Of a DNA stretch of 64,000 nucleotides, positions 13,812 through 27,611 are shown piece after piece. How positions within the stretch are numbered: the stretch's first letter is position 1; every line of letters starts with the position of its first letter. This stretch comes from the human T2T-CHM13v2.0 reference genome, Homo sapiens, in the NCBI RefSeq assembly GCF_009914755.1, contig NC_060932.1; one strand, given 5' to 3'. Under the pieces are notes generated by a model. That model ran no database searches. It was not told the DNA's origin and saw only the letters and a program-made list of their open reading frames with translations. The translations under genes and the position numbers were made by a program.

Positions 13812-14567
13812 CCTTACCAGAAAGTATCCTACTCTGCCTGAGTCCAATGGTGTCATTTCTGCTCTTTGCACCCAACATTAAACACTTGTAAAGTCTATAC
13901 TCATCATGAAGAATTTCCTTCTTTTCACTAAACATTTCCTTCAGCAATATAAAAAGCCTGCACTAGTTCTATAATTTTTTATTATTTTAACTAATTCTTC
14001 AAGAAAGTTTAGGAAGCCCTTCACATTATGGAAAAGTGAGTTCAAAAAGGATGATGTTCCATAGTTTACTGCTGTTATTATTGTTGTTCAGATCATTATT
14101 GATCATCTCTCCTATTGTCATTTTTGTTTTAATGTAAAAATAACCAGACATGACTTAATTTTACAGTAACAGCATCACTTCCCATCTGATTTGAGTTCAA
14201 TAGGGATCACCGTAGATCTGCACTTGGCTGTGCATTTGTCATACTGTGCCAGGAATAAGCTTCTTTCCTTGTCTGTCCACATTTGGCTGCAGAATCTTTG
14301 CTCCATTATCAGTCTGTGTCTACCTTTGTCTGGATAGCTATCTATAATAATATACGAACTGTTTTAACCTCATAAGTTAGTAAAGAGAGACAGAATATTA
14401 GCTGAGAATGATAGGGTCACACTATGAAATAAAAAATATAATTTGTTAAACAGTCAATGAAGACAACCTTACTTATGCAACTATCTAAAATATAAAATAA
14501 TGGACACTTGGTGTTAATTTTTGCTTTTCCTGACCAAGCAACTTGAAAAATATTTGATCAAGAAAGG

Positions 14568-14939
14568 TGTCTTAGTCCATTTTCCATTGCTATAACAGAA
14601 TACCACAGACTGGGTAATTTATAAATAATAGAGGTTTATTTAGCTCATGGTTCTAGAGTCTGGGAAGCCTGAAAACATGGCAGTGGCATCTGGTGAGGAC
14701 CTTGTGCTATGTCAAGATATTGTGGAAGGCATTCCCTGATGAGACAGGACAAGCATGCTAGCTCAGGTCTCTCTTTTACTCTTTATACAGCCACGAATAC
14801 CATCATGGGGGCCACACCCTGATGACCTCATTTTATCTTAATTACCTCCCAAAAGCCCCGTCTCCAGATTCCATCATCATATTAATCTGGGGATTAAGTT
14901 TTCAATACAAAATTTGGGAGACACATTCAAACCGTAGCA
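14568..14939 (-). mobile_element. MaLR solo LTR (MSTC/MSTD-like)
   Basis: TGTCTTAGTCCATTT...CAGACTGGGTAATTTATAAA...ACATTCAAACCGTAGCA. Confidence 0.85.
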
Positions 14940-16249
14940 GAAGTCTCAGAAGAATGCCTCTGGTCTTTTCTTAAATGTGCTTTAAAAAACAAACAAATAA
15001 TAATAAAAAAAAAACCTGAATTCCAAGACAACCACTGATGGTCTTTTGGGACACAATTTATATACATCTTTTTCATGATGAAGATCTTAAGTATAGTAAG
15101 ATCTAGGAAAAATTAAATTGGGGAAATCAGACCACATAACATCAAACATACATTTCTGACAATTTTATACACTGGACTGTCTCCTTCTCAATAGAAAGTC
15201 TCATATATTTTTTTTGCTCAGAGTGGTAACCATCATGTCCTGAGAGGTGAGTCCCAACATTCATGCACTGGTGATCACAAGTTACTCTCCGCTGGCTATG
15301 ACAAGTCCTACTAAACTCTGTCTCAAAGCTGTGGCAGTGCCAGTCAGTTCTTACCTCAAATAGCCTCATGATTTCAGTTTACTAGTCCAACATTCACTGA
15401 GCATTTTTGTAGAAGCTGAGAAGACATAGACTGATATAATATGGTCTCTGACCTCAAAGAGCATTCAGTCTGATCAAAACTGAAATAAAAACAGATAATT
15501 AAAAGTGTTTAGCCAATGTGATGGTGGAAGAAAGGATGGAATGCTGAGGGGTCCAGAGGAAGACATTCTCTTACAAGCCCTGAGAAGAAATTTGAGGAAG
15601 TTTTGAGGATTCTGAGGAGAGTCTAGAAGGACAAATGAGAGTTGGAAAAGGAAGGGGAGACAGAGATCCCAAAGGCAGTAACAAGTAAAGGTCAAGAGTA
15701 TAATGAAAGCATAGTGCTGTGAGAGCCACAAGTAAGATAGAGAAAAGAATGGTGGTAGTGGGAGAGTGACTGCCTCAGAGGAAGCTAGGTTTTAACTGTG
15801 CTGTTTATGACTTCATCCCTGGTTCTTAGCATTTAGAAAAATGGTTTTCAACCTTGGCTGAATATTGAAATCATCTGTGAAACTTTAAAATATAACTGAT
15901 GCCTATACCTCTACCCACAATTTTTTTAGTTGATCTGGAGCAAAGCATGAATATTCCAGAAAATAAATTCACATGACATGTTCCAAAATGGCGGAGTACT
16001 TAGAGTACTAGTTGTCTGAGATGTAAGAAGTAAAAAGTTTCTCTTTCTCTCTCTTCCTTTCTCTTTCCCTCTCCCTCTCACTTTCCATCTCCCTCTTCCT
16101 CCACCCTCTTTTTCTTATTCTCTTTCTCACTATCAGAAAGCACTTTAGCTCTAAGAACTCTATTGCTGAAAATCACTATAGGTTTCAGAACATTATTTAA
16201 ATTTGTAAAAGGACAGAAGTGAAGAGCTATACTATGTATAGATTTAAAA

Positions 16250-18165
16250 GTTCAACAAAATATATTTATTTAGTCAATTCAATCAATAACTAAAGAGAAC
16301 TTTCTGTGGTTCTAGTTACTCCTCTAGGCTCTCAGAATACAGGGATAAACCAAAAAGCCAAAAGTTTTCCTCTCTGATAGCTTTGATTTTAGTGGGAGAT
16401 TCAGAAAACAAATAAACTAACAAATATATACTATATTGGATATTTTAGAAAAAGGTCTTGAAGAAAAATAAATCAGGAGTGAGGGAAAAGATAGTGACTG
16501 CAAATGTATTTCAGACTGGAATATCAGAAATATCCTCTAAGGAGAAGACATTTAGATAAAGTCTTAGATGGAGTGAAGGACAAGTCTATGACAGTATATG
16601 AGAGAAGATAATTCCTGGAGTAAGAACACTGAAAACAAATTCCCTAAAGTTAAAATTTGTTTGGCACATTTAAAGACTAATGAAGCCAGAGTGACTGGAT
16701 ACAGTGAACAAGGGAACAAGTAGGAGGAAGTGAGGTTGGCCATAACACGAAGGAACTTATAGGTCATGGTAAGATATGGATTCTATCTAAGCACGCAGGA
16801 AAGCTAATAAAAGATTTTGAGCAGAAAAGTGACACGAACAGATAAAATTTTAATGGATTACTTGGTTTTTTTATAATAAAAAATGGAATGAACTTTACCA
16901 GATAAGAGTAGAAAAGAGAGACTAGATAAAAAACTATTGCTTTGGTCTAGCAAACAATGACTGGTTGTGGAGTAGGCTAGGGAGATATTAAAGGAGATGG
17001 TGAGAAAAGGTTAGTCTTGGGTTATAGTTAAAAGTTAGAGCCAATGGGTATAGCTATTTGATGATGAATTTGAAAATAATATAGGAGGAGAGCACCTTTC
17101 AGTGTGGGGCATGAAGAGGTTAGTTTCGGATAAAGTAATAAGTAATCCTTGATAGGCATCCAAGTAAAGATGCCCAGTCACAAGTTAAATATCTGAATGC
17201 AAACTCCTAGAGAGATCAGAGCTGGAAGAGTAAATTTTGGAGTTATCAATTTGATAGATAGTGTTAAAAATCATGGACTTATATGAGGAGGAGGTCTGAA
17301 AACTGAATCTTGGAGTCTTTCAGTGTTTAGAAATTGAGAAAGTGAGAAGAAGAAATTGAGTGTAGAAGACTGGCAATGAAGCAGAAAGAAAACTGGGGGA
17401 TGTAGAATCCTGGAACCCCACTGTCAATTGTTACAAAAAGGATGAAGAAGATGCAGACTAAGAATTAACCAATAGATCTTGGGATATAGAAGTCATTGCC
17501 TACCTTGATAAGAGTGAATTAAATGGAGTCAGAGTAATGAAAACCTAATAGGAATGAGTGTAAGAGATAATAGGAGAAGTGAAAACCAAAAGTATACACA
17601 AGTATTTTGTGAAAAGGAGCAGTATCTTGAGTAAGACTTGTCTAAAGGGAGCTTTTTGTCATTGCTGTTTATTTTATTTGGGAAGATATAATAGCATATT
17701 TGTATCCTAATGGGAAAAATTCATTTAAGAAGGAAAAAAATAAAGATACAAGGAAAGGAGATAAAGTGAAACTACAAAGACCTGTGTAGGCAAAAAGCAT
17801 AAAATCTAGTTCACAAGTCTAGGAGTTGGTCTCAATTGGAGCAAGGGCTGTTCATCTATTTTAACAGTAGAGAAACAGAGTGCTTAGATGCTACTAAGGT
17901 GGTAAATATGTTAGTGAAAGGACTGGGAAATTCTCTTCTAATTGGTTCAATTTTCTCAGCCACAAAAAGAGAATAAAGTAGTTGAGTGCAGATGAGAATG
18001 GCGAGTGAATGAAAAGGTGGCATTTAAATGAGTTAATTTAGAATTGCAGAGGAACACCTGAGGTTCTCATGAGGTGAATGTCATGTTCTGTCATGTTCAG
18101 CTCCTGGAGTATGGGGCCAGAGTATGAGCAAGATTTTAATTTCACCAATGTGAGGTCTTGCCATT
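16250..18165 (-). mobile_element. L2 (LINE-2) relic, boundaries approximate
   Basis: TTCAACAAAATATATTTATT 3'-end motif followed by degenerate purine-rich L2 antisense motifs (GGCATCCAAGTAAAGATG, GAAGTCATTGCCTACCTTGATAAGAG). Confidence 0.7.
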
Positions 18166-18172
18166 TGAATAT

Positions 18173-18687
18173 TGTGGTAGGCAGAATAATGGCCCCATTA
18201 GGATGTCCATGTCCTATCTTCAGGAATCTGTGATTCTATTAGGTTATGTAACAAGGCAGAATTAAGGTTGCCGATGAAACTGACTTGTCAATCAGCTGGC
18301 CAGAAATGGAGGAGATTATTCTCTGTTATCTGACTTGGGCCAACGTAATCACAAAGATAACAAAGATGCTTATAAGTGAAAGAGAGAGGCAGAACAGTGT
18401 TGGTGTCAGAGTTATGTGATGTGAGAAAGACTTGATCACTCATCGCTAACTTTGAAGATGGAAGGAATGCATCAGTGCAGGCAGTCTCTAGAAACTGGAA
18501 AAGTCAAGGAAATGGATTCTCCCATAGAACCTCCAAAAAGGAACATAGCCCTGCCGACACCTTGATTTTAGCTTGTGAAACCCATGTATTTTAAAATTTC
18601 TGACCTACAAAATCATTAGGTCATGAACTTGTATTAAGCCACTAAATTTGTAGCAATTTATTATGCCAGCAATAGGAAACTAACACA
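18173..18687 (+). mobile_element. MLT1D-like MaLR solo LTR
   Basis: TGTGGTAGGCAGAATAATGGCCCC...GCAATAGGAAACTAACACA. Confidence 0.87.
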
Positions 18688-19704
18688 AGTACCCTGGCAA
18701 GAGAAAAGCAAGCATGTGATTATAATGCCAGAATATTGGTCTAATATCAGATTGCCACCTGCACCATGCATTAGAGTTCCCAGTGAGGTGCAGGCATTTT
18801 AGAAAGGGAGTGCTAGAGAGTCAGAGCTGAAAAGACAGGAGGTGTCCATCAGACAAAGGAGATAATAGAAGCTGAGACTGTTTTCTTTTGTAAGGGAATA
18901 ATTATAAGTAATAGTCAGATCTAAATCATGACCATAGGTTTGGATAAGTGTAGGTGGCAAGGAGAATAAGATCAGGAAAAGAAGATGGGCTACTGGATAG
19001 ATCCATGTGCAAGAATATGAAAATCACCAATGAAGATGACAGCAGTAGTAATGGAGAGAAAATTTATGAGATATACTTCTCCTAGCAGGTATCAAGACTT
19101 ACTTTAAAGCCACATTAATTAAAACTGTTAATTATAACATCAGTAGAACTCAATACATTGCCCAGAGATATACCCCTGCACATAAAGAAGTTATTGAGGT
19201 GACATTACAAATTAATAGGTGTAACAGGCTTTTCAAAAATAAAACAGGGACAGTGAACACTCGATTTTTAAAAAAATAAATCTCAAACTCATGCCATATT
19301 AAAATATGTATTCCAGATGATTTGAAAATTGAAGCTCCAAATGATAGAACACTTTAAAAGAATTTGAAAAAATACTTATGTACAGTGTGTGTAAGTGTGG
19401 GGGGTAGTGTATGTGTGTGTATGTGCACTTATGCATATTTTATTATTGGAAAAGATTCTTGGATGAGATAGAATATCTTACCTTTCAATAAGTTGGCCCT
19501 ATTCAGTTGAAAAATAACATTCTTTTCTGGTGGACCAAAACTCTGAGTCTATGATGAAAAAAAATAGCTATATACATGAGGGGGATGTGACAAAGCATTT
19601 TCTCACCTCTTTTTTTAACCAGTGGACCTATCTCATTTCAAAGAGCAGTGTGAACACAACAGCCATAAATGGTGATTCTTTGTTGAATTGCTGAAGTTTT
19701 GCAG

Positions 19705-20099
19705 TGTATTAGTTTGTTCCCACACTGCTGTACATAAATACCTGAGACTGGGTAATTTATAAAGAAAAGAGGTTTAATTGGATCATGGTTCCACAGGCTG
19801 TACAGGAAGAATGGCTGGGGAGGCCTCAAGAAACTTACAATCATGGTGGAAGTTGAAGGGAAGCCAGCATGTCCTACATGGCTGGAGCAGGAGGAAGAGA
19901 ATGAAGTGGGAGGTGCTACACACTTTTAAACAGCCAGATCTTGTGAGAACTCTATCATGAGACAGCACTAGGGGGATGGTGCTAAACCATTAGAAACCAT
20001 CTTCATGATTCAATCACCTCCCACCAGGCCCCACCTCCAACATCAGAGATTACAATTCAACATGAGATTTGGGTGGAGAAACAGAGCCGAAGCATATCA
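19705..20099 (-). mobile_element. MSTA MaLR solo LTR
   Basis: TG...CA termini, perfect 5-bp TSD TGCAG (19700-19704 and 20100-20104), MSTA-type internal sequence. Confidence 0.92.
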
Positions 20100-23000
20100 T
20101 GCAGCAAGTGAAATTTCCTTCAATTTCTGGCAAGAGTTTGAGAGTCCTGTATTAGGGGCTTTTCAATGAGTTTTTGTCTCTATATATCATCAGAATTACT
20201 TTGAGAGAAGACAGAAGAGAGTATGTCAAGGTCTCATATCATAGTATTATTTTAGAGCAGAAATACTCTGAAATGAATCTTGGAATAACCAGGGGTTACC
20301 CAGGTGAAGACAGGGATGTTGGGTGAAACAAAGGCATCTGTGAATTATCGGCCTGGATAAAAAGGAGGAAATGATGGTGGATGGGCTGATCCTTAGACAA
20401 GACCTATTGCCTCTTTTAGCCTTGGTTAATTAAATGGCAACATTTCTGGCCTCACCTAACCTACAAGGTTGTTTTGCGGGAGTCAAAATCGCTTTGGAAA
20501 ATCACTGGTAAAACATGCTCACTGTTTGCAAAACAAGCACCTGGCACTGTGGTAGAAACCAAGATGAACAACACCTACCACTACCCTCAGCAGACATCCA
20601 TTAGAGAAGTCGGACCTGGACAACTTTGCCAGGTAGCATTAGGTAAAGTACGAAATGAAAAGAATGTCATTAAGATAATGAATATGAAAGCTCTTTTTAA
20701 ACCAAAACTCTTTCAAATTAAGGAACCATGATAAGTGATCATGATACTGTTATTTGTGCCAGCTGGCTGGAACATGGATATAATCTATAACATCTTTCTG
20801 TACTCTAAAATATCAAAAGACAGTCTCTTGAAAAGTTAGAAAATATAAGTCAGTTGCGTTTGGGAGTCAGGCCCAATAATGCACCTCACTAAGACCCCAT
20901 GAAGGGAAGAATGCTGAGATGCCCTCATCTAGGTCAACCATACCAATTTCCCCTTTTGAAATATTGCCCTGCAAGAAACAAAGATCAACTTGACTGAAAA
21001 CAGATCTGTAAATTTGCAAGGCCAAAATAATAATTTTATGAAAAGCCTTAGTCATCCTATTCAAACCACTAAAGTTTAAATAAAAATATCATATCAGTGC
21101 ATCAGACATGTTTCTTACTCAGCAGTTAGCCCCTCACCCCCCTTTCACTTGGGCCAAAGGGACAATCTGTTCCCAACAGCCTGAGAAGTCTTTTTGTCAT
21201 TTTGCAAATTTGCAAAAAAGACACCAAGTTCTTGGCTTTGTGAGAGAAGAGATTGTGGTGAAAATTTTCACACATTTTCCTCTCCTTGCATAAATTTTCA
21301 GTGTTGCACTATTCCAGGGTGGCAGGGAGTGAGGATTTGAGTAGAAATGCTCTGATTCTATATTGGCTCAGTAGTTCAAGCCAGATTACCTACTTTCATT
21401 TTACTTCAGTTTAGTAGATTCACAATGGGTCTACATAACAGTTTCAAGGACTGCGGCTGAAATAGTTCCTTGACTAAAAATCACATCTTCCCAATAGGAT
21501 TGTTAACCTTCTTAGGGACAATCCTATAGCTTATGCTTATTTTAGTTCCTTTCCCTTTGCTTGCCAAGGTCTCTGTGTACGTATCGCTAGGGTTTAATGA
21601 TGCCATTTGGCCGATAAACAGTGGTTGCCATTTGTATGATGTTCAAAGCACTAGGGAGTATCACCTAATTACTTACTCAGGCTGACTCCCTCTAAGATTA
21701 ACCTGATAACTCCCCAGGGTAGGTAAGAAAACTGAGGACTGAGATGCCCAGAATCTTGTCCCATGACCAGTTGTCTAGTTTGAGCAGAGAATCTAATTCT
21801 TTGCCTGTTTCTCTCTTTTCTCTTTTTTTAACCTCTCCAGATCCTATACTTTATCAAAAACAAACATATCTTCAATTAGTTCACAGTTCCCTTGCTTTTT
21901 CTTTCAATTTCTTTGATTTTTTGAAAGACATTTTTTGTGCAAGTCACACAGCAACAAATCACATTCTGCCTTTGACACTTTTTCAGTTATTGACTTGTTA
22001 TGTAATAACTTTTTAAATGTTCAATATTTGGCTTTCTCCTGAAGATAGAAATCACGTCTTTTTTGTTTATTCTATATAACTTTGCAAAGTACTTGACAAA
22101 TAATAAATATTCAAAAGTATTTATTGTTTGATAATATAGTCTTCTTTATTAACCCATGTTGAAGGACCTTCGAGCTGGTAACAGAAGAGAAAACTGAGTC
22201 CTACTGGCTTTCCACAATTCCCTTAGCCATGTAAGAAATATAGACATGGACTGGAATCTCCATCTTCTTACTTTCAACCCAATGCTTCTTTTATTAATTC
22301 CAATTGCTTCTGCAGTGAGTTAACCTGGTAAGGTTAGATATTTGCGGTTCTCTGGACTAATTCTCTGTACCTTCTGCTTCGTTAGATAAATACAAGGGAG
22401 ATTTTTGGATTTGTCCTCGGGAATCTAGTTCTGATAATACCCATCATTAGGCTAAAGAAAGCTGTCTGCATCCAAAGACAGCTCCCAGGGTCAGGACACT
22501 GATACCCTTGGTTGTCTGAATACTGAGAGATCACTGGTGGACTCAGCTAGGGGCTCGTCAGACTCACTAAGCTGACTAGCAAGGCCCTCATTGTCTTTTT
22601 CAGCAACTTTGGCCCACAGCACTCTGATAACCAAGACAGGCAAGGAGAGATGGACGAGTCAGAGCTGGGGAATCCACAGCCAGGGGCCATATGGAAACGT
22701 TTGGGGATTAGAATCTGTGCCACATGTTCTCAGCTCATTCTGAGTGAGACATGTATACCCCTGCAGTGAAGAGGAAATGGTCTACAGTGACTCACTTCGT
22801 AGGAAGCAAGCATGGCTTGAGTCAAACCAGCCTCATCTGCATTACTTTCCGGAAATGGGCAGCTGTAACAACTCATCACAAATTAACCAAGGAACATGTA
22901 TCCAGTACCATTTGTCCTAATAAAGCTTATTTTGATGGACTGGAGAAAAGAGAAGCTACCTTAAGTAAAGAGTGAACAAAGTATCCTCCCATCATAATGG

Positions 23001-23214
23001 GTCACTATTATAAGCTAGGTAGTTTGCATACTTATTTTCTTTAAAACATCCCTATAAAGTGGGCATTATCTCCATGTTACACATAAGAAGTCCTAGGACC
23101 ATCAAGATAAAGAATCTATATAGAAGGTTAAAAATAAGGAGTGACAAGAGTGGGATTTGAACCCAGGTCCATTTCTCTGGCTCAAAGTGTGTGAACTTTC
23201 CATTTTCTTGAAGA

Positions 23215-23776
23215 TGTGCCAGTGTCCAATCAGAAATGCAAAATTGTAAGTAATATAAATACATATATAATAAGGGATTCATTACAGGGATTTGACCTGG
23301 CACAATTGTGGGGCTGGTGAAGGAGTTTCTATAAGGTTCTTGTCTTTTCATCCAATGCTGCACCCTGAAGCCCATCAGGGAGAGAAGATGGATTAAAGTA
23401 GGGGAAACAAGGGCAAGCTGGAACCCACAAGGATGGGCCGAAAATTGTGTCAGTTCTTGCTACCTCTGTCCTTGAGGGTGTGGGTGTCTTATAGGAGATG
23501 TTGGCACTTTCATCACAGGGCTAACCATACACCTCTGGTCCAGGAGAGAGAGAAGTTGAAAAAGAAACCAGAGGAAGCTGGAGCAGCTTCCAGTCCAACT
23601 ATTGCCCCATGCTGACAAAGTGAGCAAACAGGTAAGTGACATCCTTTGTCATCTACAAAATGGTGTTGGTACCATTAAAATATTGCTCAAGAATCTCTGC
23701 TGTGGCGCACGCTGTCCAGAAACGTGCTAGAAAAGGAATTCTGGGAAATGTAGTTCAGCTGAGCCAAGCTGACACA
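23215..23776 (-). mobile_element. Old ERVL-class solo LTR (subfamily uncertain)
   Basis: TGTGCCAG start, AGGGATTTGACC...CAATTGTGGG, and terminal GGAATTCTGGGAAATGTAGTTC...AGCTGACACA. Confidence 0.5.
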
Positions 23777-25164
23777 TTGTAAAGCCACCATGATGTATTT
23801 GTGATAACAGGGGTGTGGTTTGGTCCTAAATATCTTAACCAGACCACATTGGAATCCCATAAACTTGATGTCCTGGTAGCTCTTCCTGAATCCTGAATTA
23901 AGTCCTGAATACTTTTACTTTGTGTTGTAAATGGTTTCTTTTGTTTTTCAGCCCTGTTTCCAATGTCCCTGGCTCCTGTCTGCTGCCTAGAACATTGCAC
24001 ATAAACTGTTCTATTTCTCTTCTGGTGTTCATCTCATTTTTCCTGTTAAGTTCCCATTTGCTCTGGGAGATAGTGGTTTGGGACTATTATTATTACTGTT
24101 GTTATTGTTATTGTTAGAGGGGTTGGTTCCTGAGAGACGTTTATAACCAACTCTGTATGATGCTGTTTGCTTTCTCTTCCCATTCCATGAAATAGAGAAA
24201 TCCAGCAAGGAGAGAATGCAGTGTCGCTCCAGGGGACCAGTTTATACAGAGGAGTACAAATCCCACTTGTACTTCACAGAGGAACAAGTTTAAGATACGG
24301 CTTTTGTAAACAGACCCTTGGATCTCAGTAAGGGGATTTGAAAAGTCAAACATGCTGGGGCCATGACTATAAAAGTAAAATTACAAGGCTCAGGACCCTT
24401 TCCAGAGACAGGCTTATTTCAAACATTGCTATCTTGTAGGTGTTATTCTTAGCAGAACACGGGTTCGTGTCAGCTTTCCTTTTAACATCCAGCTGGGATG
24501 GGAGTCATGCAATAGCTTCATTAGGCTGCTGAGGAGTTCATTACCACAAAGTCCTGATTTTTCCTCAAGTCTTAGCATGACCTCTGAACCCACCCCTTTC
24601 TCTCATACATTTCTTTGTGGATTTGTTTATGTAGTCAGTAAAAATGAATCAGGTGCTTTACTGTGCCAGGCATTGTGCTGGTCCAGAGAATGCAAAGATG
24701 GATAAGACAGAGCCATCATCTTCAAGGACTTACAAATAAGATAGACAGAAGGTAATCCAACACACTTACTGTGCTACAGAGGCTACAACAGAAGTCTGGA
24801 TGAGGGAACCATGGGAACACACAACAGGGAAAGAATAATTCCCCAGAGATGAAGAAGGGTGTAGTTCAGCCTTCATCGAGGAGGTGGACTATAGGCAAAC
24901 ACCTAATGATTGGACAACCTTATTGAATCAGACAGATCTCATACTCTGAAGCCTTCTGATTAGGAGTTTGGGGTTCTGTCCTTGTGCTCTCAAATCTATG
25001 GCGATGCGATATACCTATGTTTTCACAACTGCCTTTTCTCATTACCCTCTACTACTCTTCTGCCTGAACTTAGTAACGTTATAGGAAGGGCAGCTCAGCA
25101 AAGTGCCTGTGTTCAAATCCTAACCCTACCATTTACTACCAAGTTACCCTGAAAATGTATTTTA

Positions 25165-25510
<346 letters not shown>

Positions 25511-26793
25511 ACGGTGCCTACCTTATAAGGTTGTTGAGAGGATGCATGAAAGGTAAATGCAAGCACTTAGAATATCAATGGCATCAAGCAAGCACTGTAG
25601 AAATGTTTATTATTCATAACACATTTTCCTCTTAAATTTCATGTAGAAACAAAAGCCATATTTTAGAATTAAACTTTCTACTATTCTCTTACTTCCAAAA
25701 TTGGAAAATTTCTAAGAAGTATTCTGATTTGGGGCAAGTCACATGGTATCTTAGGGCTCAGTTTACCCACCTGTATAAATTATTAACTCAAAGAGTACCT
25801 GCTATGTGTCAGGTATTCTTTAAACTCTTCATAAACACCATCTCATTTTATTCTCACAACCTCCCTCAATGAAGTGAATTCTGTGTTTACCCATGTTTAT
25901 TTTTTATTTAGTTATTTATTTTGCAAATGAAAAAAATGCGATATAGGTTTCTATCTCCAGAGACGATGAATTTAACCACTCCACTACCCTCTTTCTGGGA
26001 GAGCTAGACTCTGTCTTTTTTTTTTTTTTTAAATCCTACTTAAGGGGTTCTGTATGTAATGATTTATATCTAATTTACACCATAATGGCTTACATTATTC
26101 AATCATCAGAACATCATCCCCCTTACACACAAATGTTGGTATTTTTGTCCTGTTTTATAGATCTGTAAACTAAGACAGGTTAAGCTGGCTCTCTGTAACA
26201 AAGTTAATGACTGAGAGATACCATGTTTGCACCTCGGCTTGTCTCAGTGCAACACTAGCATCTTCATCCACTGACTTGTACTATTTATCTGCAGGTAGGG
26301 GACAGTGTAGGGGGAGTGATCATATGCACACACATCTCCAAACAATTCTGCCAATAATCTCAGGAGACTTACAAGTCCTCCAAAGGCCATTTGTAGTACC
26401 AGTTATGCTATCATGGAGTCCCCTATAATGTGCTTTAATTTCAACTGTTATATAACTTTAGCCAAAGAACTTTTGTTAAGCTTTACTCTACTGATTTTGC
26501 TAGGAAAGCAAAAGGCATATTGGTGATGATATCTTCAAAGTTAGCCCAGCTTTCTTTAAGAGATAAGCCCCAAAGCTCATCATTCCCAGTCCTTCCCTAA
26601 TATTGCTGATCTCTAGTCAATCTGTTTAGGTTTACAGCCCTTGGACTAGATGAAATCTAAAGGTGTTTTAGACCATAAATTTTTGTTTCTCGAACTATAG
26701 GATTCCTCCATGTCTAGTGCATTAATCCTCCACCTTAGCTGTACCATGTTTACATCCAAAGAAGACCTCCTTCCTATATTTTTAACTTTAGAT

Positions 26794-27030
26794 CAGGGGT
26801 GTCAGTCTACAGCCCACAGGCTAAATCTGATCTGCTGCTGTTACATTTTTGCTTTTTCTTTTTTAAATAAAGGATTATCGTATTGAAAAACAGTCACTCT
26901 CATTTGTTTATGTATTGTCTATTGGTGTTTTCATGCTACAATGGCAGATTATTTGTGAAATAGACCGCATGGCCAAAAAACCTAAAATATTTACTAACTA
27001 GCCTTTTACAGAAAAAGTTTGCTAACCCAC
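26794..27030. mobile_element. MER58A (hAT-Charlie)
   Basis: CAGGGGTGTCAG...CTACAGCCCACAGG...CCTAAAATATTTACTA...ACAGAAAAAGTTTGCTAACCC. Confidence 0.82.
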
Positions 27031-27061
27031 CCCTTACCTTAGATTATGAGTTTTGCATGGC

Positions 27062-27611
27062 TGTATTAGTCACGGTTCTCCAGAGGGACAGAACTACTAG
27101 GATAGAGGTATATATGAAGGGGAGTTTATTAAGGAGATTGACTCACACAATCACAAGGTAAAGTCCCACAATAGGCCATGTGCAAGCTGAGGAGCAAGGA
27201 AGCCAGTCCAAAACCCGAAACCTCAAAAGTAGGGAAGCCAATAGTGCAGCCTTCAGTCTGTGGCCAAAGGCCCGAGAGGCCCTGGCAAATCACTGGTGTA
27301 AGTCCAAGAGTTCTAAAGCTGAAGAACTTGGAGTTTGATGTTCAAGGGCAGGAATCATCCAGCATGGGAGAAAGAAAGAGCCCAGAAGACTCAGCAAGTC
27401 TAGTCATTCCATGTTCTTCTGACTGCTTTATTTTAGCCATGCTGGCAGCTGATTAAATGGTGCCCACTCAGATTAGGGGTGGTTCTGCCTCTCCCAATCC
27501 ACTGACTCAAATGTTAATCTCCTTTGGCAACACCCCTCACAGACACAACTCAGGAACAATACTTTGCATCCTTCAATCCAATCAAGCTGATAATCAATAT
27601 TAACCAAAACA
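27062..27611 (-). mobile_element. MLT2A (MLT2A2-like) HERVL solo LTR
   Basis: TGTATTAGTCACGGTTCTCCAGAGGGACAGAAC...TATTAACCAAAACA, perfect TSD ATGGC (27057-27061 and 27612-27616). Confidence 0.9.

Noticed and set aside
16040-16130. Polypyrimidine tract with possible H-DNA
   Set aside because: Ordinary low-complexity CT sequence without a clear mirror repeat.
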